From assembly GCA_964621445.1 (NCBI GenBank), contig CAZUNO010000008.1, forward strand, positions 38,483 through 102,482: a stretch of DNA of 64,000 nucleotides. Reading direction: 5' to 3'. Position numbers and translations under genes: made by a program. Below are positions 28,177-36,400 of this stretch, piece after piece. The notes under the pieces are model-generated. The model saw only the letters and a program-made list of their open reading frames with translations. It did no database searches and was not told the origin of the DNA. Each line of letters opens with the position of its first letter. Position 1 is the stretch's first letter. Source of the DNA: Candidatus Hadarchaeota archaeon. GTDB lineage: Archaea > CAYQAE01 > CAYVLA01.

Positions 28177-29130
28177 ATGGGAACCAAGTGCTTGGTTTTG
28201 TTGGCGGCCGCTCTCCTCCTGGTAAATTTGGGGTTCTGTCAGACCTTCGAGCTGGAGCTATTTACCGACTCGGTCCAGGAAGGAGAGAGGATAAGCTACA
28301 ATCTAAGCATAAATGACCCTCAACTCAGCAATGTAACCGTGGAACAGCGTTTCAGGGGACCCAATGGTAAGACCGCCGATTTCAGGCTCCCTTCCTCCGA
28401 CCGGGATAGATGGCCCTCTCCCTCGATTTCCCCGGCGACTGGAACTGTGAATGGAAGCGAGAAACTGGAGTTGAGAAGGGTTAGGGGAGAGACCAGCTTT
28501 GAGTGGAGAACGCCGCTGAATGGCAGGATCGATAAGGAGGTATATGATGAGGAGGAACTCGGGAACTGGACCCTGTTGGTCACCGTAAGTGCAGTGGACT
28601 TTGATCAGGGCAAGATAGTTGAAAAGACGCTCCAGGCGGATTTTAACGTTACCAAGATGCATGCCAAGAAAAATCCCAAGTTCGTTGTTCTGACCCTTTC
28701 CGTTCTTACCTCCCTCTTCACCACCCTTGCCAGTTACTTCATGGTCGACCAGAAGCGAGCGAGGGCGCTGAAGAAGAAGGTGAGCGCCATGCAGAAGGAG
28801 ATCATGGATGCACAGAAGAGCGGGGATAAGAAGAAGATCGCCAAGTCCAAACAGAAGCAGAGTCAGATGATGAGCCTGCAGGGCGAGATGATGCGGAACC
28901 AGTTCAAGCCCATGATAATATACATGATTCCCCTTTTTGCCGTATTCTACTTTCTGAGGGCCCAATATGATCTTATACCGGTTGTGGAGTTGCCTTTCAG
29001 GCTAGGATTTTTGCAGTTCTTCCATCAGAATAATCCCATAAGCCCGGATCAATTTGGCTTCCTTGCCTGGTATTTCTCCTGCGCTACCCTGTTTGGTTCC
29101 ATATTCCGTAAGATAATAGGAGTTGTTTAG
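28177..29130 (+). CDS. EMC3/TMCO1/DUF106 (Oxa1 superfamily) insertase with an extra N-terminal secreted domain
   Basis: C-terminal half has TM1, a Q/K/M-rich coiled coil, QFKPMIIYMIP and WYF; the N-terminus has a signal peptide and a ~140-aa beta-rich segment. Confidence 0.85.
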   Translation: MGTKCLVLLAAALLLVNLGFCQTFELELFTDSVQEGERISYNLSINDPQLSNVTVEQRFRGPNGKTADFRLPSSDRDRWPSPSISPATGTVNGSEKLELRRVRGETSFEWRTPLNGRIDKEVYDEEELGNWTLLVTVSAVDFDQGKIVEKTLQADFNVTKMHAKKNPKFVVLTLSVLTSLFTTLASYFMVDQKRARALKKKVSAMQKEIMDAQKSGDKKKIAKSKQKQSQMMSLQGEMMRNQFKPMIIYMIPLFAVFYFLRAQYDLIPVVELPFRLGFLQFFHQNNPISPDQFGFLAWYFSCATLFGSIFRKIIGVV

Positions 29131-29132
29131 AC

Positions 29133-29393
29133 ATGCCGAGAAGAGGTTATAGATCAAGTTCGTATAAGGAGAAAAAGAAGAAAACCGAGAAGGGAACCCG
29201 AGTCCAGAGGAGCCGTAAGGAGGGAGGAAAACCCAGATGCGTTTGCGGCCGAGAATTGAGTGGGGTTTCCAAGGAAAACAATAACGGGCCTAGGTCCAGC
29301 CGGAGGTCCAACCGACCTTACGGCGGTATGTTGTGCCCGATATGCGCCCAGAGAAGGATAAGGGAGGAAGCTAGAGAGCAGTTGAAGGGCTGA
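29133..29393 (+). CDS. rpl34e: 50S ribosomal protein eL34
   Basis: RPYGGMLCPIC motif; canonical position. Confidence 0.9.
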   Translation: MPRRGYRSSSYKEKKKKTEKGTRVQRSRKEGGKPRCVCGRELSGVSKENNNGPRSSRRSNRPYGGMLCPICAQRRIREEAREQLKG

Positions 29394-29399
29394 GATTTA

Positions 29400-29942
29400 T
29401 TGCCAACGATCACGGTAGGGGGGCTTCCGGGCAGCGGCAAGAGTACGCTGGCCAGGCTACTCGCGGATGAGATTGGAATGGACTACATCAGTGCGGGCAA
29501 GATATTCCGGAAGATGGCCGCGGATTCGGGGCTGGGGCTCGAGGAATTCTCGAGGAAGGCGGAAAACGATCATGAAATTGACAGAAAAGTGGATGCCTAT
29601 CAGGTAGAGCAGGCGAGGGGTAAGAACGTGGTGGTGGATTCAAGACTGAGCGCCTGGTTGCTGGGTAAGGCTGACCTTCGAGTCTCCCTCATCGCCGACA
29701 GGAGAACCCGGGCGCAGAGGGTGGCAAGAAGGGACGAAATCAGCGAGGAAGAAGCTATTAATCGGGTGGGAGAAAGGGAGCAGAGCGAAAAGCGTAGGTA
29801 TCTTGAGGTTTACGACATCGATATCAGCGACATGTCGGTCTATGACCTTGTGATTAACAGTGGCACCTACTTGCCCCGGGAAATAGTCGATATAGTATGT
29901 CATGCTCTGGAGATAAGTATGTCAGGAAAGGAGAAGGATTAG
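29400..29942 (+). CDS. cmk: Cytidylate kinase (archaeal)
   Basis: GLPGSGKST, SAGKIFR, SRLSAW and YDLVINS motifs. Confidence 0.93.
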   Translation: MPTITVGGLPGSGKSTLARLLADEIGMDYISAGKIFRKMAADSGLGLEEFSRKAENDHEIDRKVDAYQVEQARGKNVVVDSRLSAWLLGKADLRVSLIADRRTRAQRVARRDEISEEEAINRVGEREQSEKRRYLEVYDIDISDMSVYDLVINSGTYLPREIVDIVCHALEISMSGKEKD

Positions 29943-29943
29943 A

Positions 29944-30201
29944 ATGATAGAAGTCGGAAGAGTTTGCGTAAAAACAAGAGGAAGAGAAGCTGGGAAGAAA
30001 TGCGTAGTAGTGGATCTGATAGAGAAAAACTTCGTCCTGGTAATTGGTCCCGAGAAGATATCAGGGATCAAGCGGAGAAGATGCAATATTTCCCACCTGG
30101 AGCCCCTAGAGGAGAAGCTGGATATCAACAAGAGGGCCGAGGACGAGGAAGTGATCAAGGAGCTAGAGAGCTCCGGCCTACTCGAAGATTTCATCTCCTA
30201 G
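29944..30201 (+). CDS. rpl14e: 50S ribosomal protein eL14
   Basis: IEVGRVCVKTRGREAGKKCVVVD and NISHLEP motifs. Confidence 0.96.
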   Translation: MIEVGRVCVKTRGREAGKKCVVVDLIEKNFVLVIGPEKISGIKRRRCNISHLEPLEEKLDINKRAEDEEVIKELESSGLLEDFIS

Positions 30202-30232
30202 ATCTCTATAGTTATGGGCGAGCAGTGATGCC

Positions 30233-31198
30233 ATGGATACGGAGATCTATCTAAGATCCAAGGATACAACGGATCCTAGATACGGGCATGTTCCCGAGGA
30301 GAGGCCGATACCGGAGTTGATCGAAAGTGGCATGGTTAACCTGGATAAACCTAGAGGACCGACCTCTCACCAGGCAGTTGCCTGGCTAAGGGACATACTG
30401 GATGTCAAGAAGGCCGGTCACGGCGGTACCTTGGATCCCAAGGTGTCGGGGGTGCTCCCCGTGGCCATTGAGCGGGCCACGCGGGTTATGAAATTCCTGC
30501 AGAAGAGGGACAAGACCTACGTGACGGTTATGACCCTTCATGGGGATGTATCTGATGAGGACCTGGATCGCGTGCTCTCTGACTTCAGGGGAACCATAGT
30601 TCAGGTACCGCCCGTGAGATCCGCAGTGAAGAGAGAGCCCAGAAACCGGGAGATCAAGGACCTGGAGATGCTGGAGAGGGATGGTCGGGACGTCCTATTC
30701 CGGGTTACCTGCGAGGCCGGCACTTACATAAGGAAACTTTGCCGGGATATGGGTGAGGCCCTTTTAGTAGGGGCAAACATGTCGGAACTCAGAAGGACGA
30801 GATCCGGCTTTTTTGATGAGGGGGACGCCTGCAGGCTCCAGGATCTGGTTGATGCGATGCATTATTATCGCGAAGAAGGGGATGAGGAAGCTATCAGGGG
30901 CCTTATCTCGCCTGTTGAGAGGTATATGAGGGATCTTCCCAAGGTATGGGCAAGGGATACCGCAGTGGAGGCACTGTGCAATGGGGCCTCGCTTGCCCTG
31001 CCTGGAGTCGTGAAATGCGAAAACACGGTGAGCGTTGGATCCACTGTGGCGGTTTTAACCTTGAAGGATGAACTTATCGGGGTTGGGAAAAGCGAGATGT
31101 CCGCCAAACAGATCTTCGAGGGCGATTCGGGAATCGCGGTGGACCTTTCCAGGGTCGTGCTTCCGAGGGGGACCTACCCCAGGTACTGGAAGTCCTGA
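30233..31198 (+). CDS. cbf5: H/ACA RNA-guided pseudouridine synthase Cbf5
   Basis: DKPRGPTSH, GHGGTLDPKVSG and GTYIRKLC motifs with a PUA domain. Confidence 0.96.
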   Translation: MDTEIYLRSKDTTDPRYGHVPEERPIPELIESGMVNLDKPRGPTSHQAVAWLRDILDVKKAGHGGTLDPKVSGVLPVAIERATRVMKFLQKRDKTYVTVMTLHGDVSDEDLDRVLSDFRGTIVQVPPVRSAVKREPRNREIKDLEMLERDGRDVLFRVTCEAGTYIRKLCRDMGEALLVGANMSELRRTRSGFFDEGDACRLQDLVDAMHYYREEGDEEAIRGLISPVERYMRDLPKVWARDTAVEALCNGASLALPGVVKCENTVSVGSTVAVLTLKDELIGVGKSEMSAKQIFEGDSGIAVDLSRVVLPRGTYPRYWKS

Positions 31199-31313
31199 AT
31201 TGATGTTATTTCACCCATTTAGGTTGGTTTTGGACAATAAATGGATTATTTTTGCCCTAAAAATGCGCATATTTCATGAATAGTGGGTTAATGCCAAGGA
31301 AGAAAGGTCTGTA

Positions 31314-31922
31314 ATGAACAACGAACATTATTTCTCACACGATATAGAAGAGCCCGACGAGATAGGAGAAGTAACTCTGTGGTTCGGGGATTGGAAGCTG
31401 GATCTGCTAACCTCTCCTAGGGTATTCTCTTACAGGAGTGTCGATAAAGGCACCATGCTCCTAATTGATAACATGAAGGTGTCAAAGGGCGAGTGGGTCC
31501 TGGACATCGGATGCGGCTACGGTCCCATCAGCGTCTGTGCCGCGGTTCAAGGGGCCAATGTTGTGGGAATCGATGTGAATCCCAGGGCCGCCTGGCTGGC
31601 AAGCAGGAACCTTGGATCCCATTCGCCGGGGACCTGGTTAGTGGTGGTCGGAAATCTATATGATCCCCTGGATACCAGGTTCAATCACATCCTATGCAAC
31701 CCTCCTATAAGGGCGGGAAGAGAGACCGTTGCAGGGATAATTGAGAGGGCTCCCAAATATTTAAGAAAAGATGGGAGTCTGCTAATCGTCGCCAAGACCA
31801 ATCTTGGTGCCAAGCCTTTATCTTCCCTGATGGAAAGTAAATTTGGCAACGTGAGAGAAGTTGACAAGAAATCTGGATATAGAGTTTTTCTGAGCAGGTG
31901 CCGGGGTGGCAGAGTGGACTAA
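31314..31922 (+). CDS. RsmC-like class I SAM methyltransferase
   Basis: EHYFS, VFS...DKGT, LDIGCGYG and NPPIRAG motifs. Confidence 0.92.
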   Translation: MNNEHYFSHDIEEPDEIGEVTLWFGDWKLDLLTSPRVFSYRSVDKGTMLLIDNMKVSKGEWVLDIGCGYGPISVCAAVQGANVVGIDVNPRAAWLASRNLGSHSPGTWLVVVGNLYDPLDTRFNHILCNPPIRAGRETVAGIIERAPKYLRKDGSLLIVAKTNLGAKPLSSLMESKFGNVREVDKKSGYRVFLSRCRGGRVD

Positions 31923-32018
31923 GGGTTTCCCGTCCAAACGCGCCAGCCTGGAGCGATTTCGTTCCCCGATAGCTGGTGTCCCATCTGGGGCGCAAGGGTT
32001 CAAATCCCTTCCCCGGCG
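31900..32018 (+). tRNA. tRNA-Ser(GGA) with two introns (D-loop 31922-31937; canonical 37/38 31954-31970)
   Basis: Acceptor stem GCCGGGG/CCCCGGC with discriminator G, anticodon stem CCAGC/GCTGG with CT-GGA-G, long variable arm TGTCCC-ATCT-GGGGCG, and T arm AAGGG-TTCAAAT-CCCTT. Confidence 0.9.
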
Positions 32019-32052
32019 CTCAATAATCAAATAATACCGCTGAATTCCCTGT

Positions 32053-33453
32053 TCAAGCACCGTTCTTGGTGGAAATACTTGAAACATCCTTGCCCGGTCG
32101 CCCAACCGGTGGTTTCCAGGTTGACGGGTGGAAAAGAATGCCCTTGGACTCCGAGGAGTATGGGACCCCTCTGATATATTTGGTCAGGTTGTTTAGCAGT
32201 TTTCTGTTGAAGACCTCTCTGTCCTCCGAGGGGTGGAGTGGAATTGCGGTTACCTCCAGGTCGTCCTCTTCTACATCCTGAATTTCCACAAATTTTGGAA
32301 ACAGGCCTATGTTTACCTCCACCCTCCTCTTTTCCCCGGGGGATATCTCAACATCAGAGTATCCTCTTATGTGCAGTGCCCTGTTTTCCCTCTTTTGTCC
32401 CAGTTGCCTGGGATAGAAGGTGTCAAGAAACCGCATTCTCTGGTAGCTTCTGGACCATATACGATCCGCCACCTGGTCCACAGGCAGGTAGTAGATCTCA
32501 ATCTCGATTCTCTCCCCGCCCTCACCCCTATGATCGGGATTAGACAGGGTGCCGGTGAACATCGGACCGGAGCCAGGGTTCGAATAGTAATTAAACATCT
32601 TGACCTGTTCTTCCATGACGTCCGTTACCTCGAACAGGGACCAAAGCTCGTAGATCTTCGAGGAATACTCCAAGCCCTTCCCGGGTATGTCCCTGAGTAT
32701 CCTCGTCGATTCCCTGTCTATATTCATCCTTCCCGTCAGTTCCTTTCTCCAGTCCAGGACCTTCTCATATCCGGGATTCCGAATTAGATTTAGCTCCAGG
32801 CGGCGTTCGAATTCCTCCTCAACCTCCCGGATTCTGTCCGGGTCCTCGAGTATTTCCTCGGCTTCCTCCTCTATCTTCCTGAAGTAGGGAACCCTGGTCC
32901 TCCTGTAACCCTCCTGTGAGAGGGCGTCGAGAACCCTCTCCTCAACCACGTTGTCTGTCCAGTGGCTGGTCTCAACCGATTTCTTGAAGACCCTCTTGAA
33001 GTAGGAGGTATTTTTGGTTATCTCCAGAAGACAGAGCATTGAAAGCAGGTTTTCCGGGGTGTCCCACTCCTGTCTGGGATTGACGACCACGAACTCCTTC
33101 CCGAAGATCTGGCCCTGGGAGAGGTTTCGCTTGAAAGTGCGGGGCCAGTCGATGGTCCCCCTTATCTCCTTCTCGACCACGGTTCTCTCCCTGGTGGAGA
33201 AGAAACTTGGCTTCTTCTCTATCATGGGCATGATGTCGTTTAGGAGAACGTGGGATATCGATTCCAGTGTATTCAGTTTGAAGGCATCCTCGAACTTCTC
33301 CCTGGAAAGGTCAAGCTTGGTGTCCTCGGCCAGGTTAACCTTGATCCGCTTCAGATCCAGGTCCTCCAGAAAGTTGGTAAGGAGCAGGCCGAATACCCGT
33401 TTTCGCATGTACTGGTTCATTGAATCCTGGAGCATTTCCTCCATTTGGTTCAT
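32053..33453 (-). CDS. McrC/DUF2357-like protein with an apparently degenerate PD-(D/E)xK site
   Basis: IRGTIDWPRT, WDTPENLL and KIYELW motifs typical of McrC-like proteins; in an operon with McrB. Start moved to ATG 33453. Confidence 0.72.
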   Translation of the reverse strand: MNQMEEMLQDSMNQYMRKRVFGLLLTNFLEDLDLKRIKVNLAEDTKLDLSREKFEDAFKLNTLESISHVLLNDIMPMIEKKPSFFSTRERTVVEKEIRGTIDWPRTFKRNLSQGQIFGKEFVVVNPRQEWDTPENLLSMLCLLEITKNTSYFKRVFKKSVETSHWTDNVVEERVLDALSQEGYRRTRVPYFRKIEEEAEEILEDPDRIREVEEEFERRLELNLIRNPGYEKVLDWRKELTGRMNIDRESTRILRDIPGKGLEYSSKIYELWSLFEVTDVMEEQVKMFNYYSNPGSGPMFTGTLSNPDHRGEGGERIEIEIYYLPVDQVADRIWSRSYQRMRFLDTFYPRQLGQKRENRALHIRGYSDVEISPGEKRRVEVNIGLFPKFVEIQDVEEDDLEVTAIPLHPSEDREVFNRKLLNNLTKYIRGVPYSSESKGILFHPSTWKPPVGRPGKDVSSISTKNGA

Positions 33454-33457
33454 GCCT

Positions 33458-36400
33458 CTAGCTTCCAGACTTCTCGGCCAGCCTTCTCCTGCTGTCCAGG
33501 ACATAACCTGCCACGACGAAGAGGATTATCACCGAGAGGGCCAGTAGTATCCTGGGGCCGCTCTTGCTGGCCACTGCGCTTACCGTGTTTGTATTCAATT
33601 CCTCATTCCCGGCCAGGTCCTCGGATCTAACCCAGTAGTAGTACTCCTTGCCGTTCTCCAGATCGGAGTCGATGTAACTGGTTTCATTGGTGGTGGTTAC
33701 CAGCGAGAGATTTTCGGTGGTATTGGAACTCGATCTGTACACCTTGAACCTGACATCCCTTTCCGGAGGCGATCTCCACCTAAGTTCTATTTCACCGCCC
33801 GGTAGCGACTTGGCCGAAAGGTTGGTTGGTGGTGAGGGAGGAAGCGTGTCCAGGGACATCACGGATTTCCAGTTATCGTTGTCCTCCTCGTTATCGTGGC
33901 GGTCAACCGCCCTTACCAGGTAGTAGTAATTATCACCGCTTGTCACGTTGCTATCCTCAAAGACGGTGAGGTTGGTCTCGGCAATCATTTCTGCTCCTGC
34001 AATGCCGGCACCGGATGAGGACTTGTATACCCTGTACACCGATACATCACTGCTCTGGGGATGGCTCCAGTGCAGACGAATGTTCCCATTGGCCAGCTGA
34101 TCGGTCTCCAGGTCCTGTGGTGGGAGGGGTGGTATCTTTTCCATGGATACCGCTGATACCTCTATCATGTTGCTCTCCTCCTGGCCGTTTGGGCCCACGG
34201 ATCTAACCACGTAGATGTACTCCTGGGAGTGGTTGAGTTCCGAATCCTGGAAGGAGTTGGTGGGATAGGGGATCTGGGCCAGCGGAAGCGAGAAATCGGA
34301 ATCCTCGGTCCTCCGGTAAACCCTGAAACTATCGGCAGGGGCCGAGGAGACATTCCAAGTGAGGAGGATATCTCCATTATCCTTTGGGGTGGCCTCAAGG
34401 CCCGTGGGATGGGGTGGGGGGGTCGTGGCCTGAACCCTGTTGTCGTTATCATCCTCGTTCCCGACGGAGTCCGCGGAATGGACTATGTAATAATAGGTTT
34501 GCGAGGGACCCAGGCCGCGGTCCGTGAACTGGGTTTCGTATGTCTGGTTTAGGTAGTTCTGATTACCAGGTGTGAAATAGGGGGAGTTGGAACGGTAGAC
34601 GAAGTATTTTGCCGGGTTTTCACCGCTTGGAGCCCTCCATTCCAGCCTGATGCTGCCGGTTCCAGAGCCCTCGGCACTCAGTGCCACCGGTGCTCCCGGA
34701 GGTTCGGTGTCCACCGATCTTATGGATGTCTCGATTTCGTTTTCCTCCTCATTTCCGGTTGAATCGACCGCCCTGACCACGTAGTAGTAGGTCTCGTCAT
34801 GTTCCACGAAGTTGTCGTTGAAAATGGCTATGGCCGACTGTGCGTATGGCTGGTTATAGTTCTGGGAAAGGGGGCTTCGGGACCTGTATATGTTGTAATG
34901 GGATATTGGTTCCCCCTGGGGAGGAGTCCAGGTCAGCACGATGGAGCCGTTTGGACGGAGCTGGGCCTTGAGGTTCCTGGGGGCCGAGGGGGGCTTGTCC
35001 AGAGCGGTCACATAGATTTCATCCCTGTTCTCCTCCTCGTTCCCGGCCTCGTCGACCGACCTCACCACGTAGTAATAACGGGTCCCCGACTCCAGATTCT
35101 CATCATAGTAGATTATCCTCGAGGTCTCGGCGATGGGGCTGTAGAAGTTGTAGCTTCCGGAACTCGTGGATCTGTATATCCTGTAGACCTCGACCTGCTC
35201 GCCGATGGGGGTTGCCCACCGAAGCTCGATATCCCCTGTAGGCTGGGGCAGGGCATCGAGCTTCCGGGGCTTGCTAGGCGGTTCGCTGTCGGATACTGCG
35301 GAGACCTCCTCCGATTTGATTCCCTCATTCCCGTAAAGGTCCACCGCCCGGACGTAGTAGTAGTAACGTTTGCCGTTGATCATCTCGTGGGCGACTCCGC
35401 CAATTACCCGTTTGGCGTCGATGAACTGGGTGGATATGGTCGTGGTCCAGGGCTCCGTCTGTTTGAGTCCCGGTCGGGTGGCACGGTAGACGTGGTACTT
35501 CTGGACTGAGCCGGAGCCATCCTGGGGTGGGTCCCAACTGACCTCGATCACCCCATCCTCTCCGGGGTCTGCCTGGAGGTTCCGTGGGGGTCCTAGGAGC
35601 ACAGGGGCGACTATCTCGTTTGTGTTTTGTCCCTCGTTGTCGGCCTTGTCAACGGAGCGGATCACGTAACGGTACTTGATCGCCTCGGATACGTCGTTGT
35701 CCACAAATGCATTTTTCCTGGTGACTATCAAGGGTTCGGAGAAGTCCTGCTTTTCATCTCCCCTGAACTTGTAAAGCCTGTATTCATGCACCCTCTCACC
35801 CGCTGGGTCATCCCAGGTGAGTATTACCTCCCCGGTGGTACTCCTTCTCGCCTTCAGATCTAGGGGCGGAGATGGCGGTTGGGCGTCGGCGGTTCCGTTG
35901 GCCTCAAACTGGTTGTGATCCTCGTTCCCCGCGGAGTCCACGGAGCGTACGACGTAGTGGTAGGTTATCCCGTTCCTTAGCCCCTTATCCACGAAATATG
36001 GGTTTGGTGTCTCCGCGATGGGCCTGTCGAAGTCCTGAGCGCCGCTGGAGGTGGCGCTGTATATCCTGTATAGAACCGCCTTGTCCGCGGGTCGGCCCCG
36101 TGTGCTTCCAGTTTCAACCGGCGGTACCGTCCAGTTCAGCATGAGATCGCCCTTGGAGAGCTTGGTGACAATTAGACCCCTGGGCGCGGCGGGGGGCGTG
36201 AGGTCCTCGGAAATATTGGAAACCTCGAGGGTATTGGTGTCCTCGTTAAGCAGGAAATCCGCGGACCTGACCACGTAGTAATACTGTTGACCATCAGTTA
36301 CATTATCGTCGACCCATTCCGTATTGGAGACCATGGCAAAGGGGAAGTCGAATTCCTGGGCGTCGGGCACGCTCGATCGGTATATGTTGTATCTATAGGG

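Noticed and set aside
29133-29393. eL34 zinc knuckle reads C-x-C instead of C-x-x-C
   Set aside because: A single-residue indel in a variable protein; not enough to claim altered function.
14719-31283. Many antisense and alternate-frame ORFs over the ribosomal operon (e.g. 25024-25674, 28303-28965)
   Set aside because: They are shadows of conserved genes; the Ser-rich ones mirror Glu-rich sense codons.
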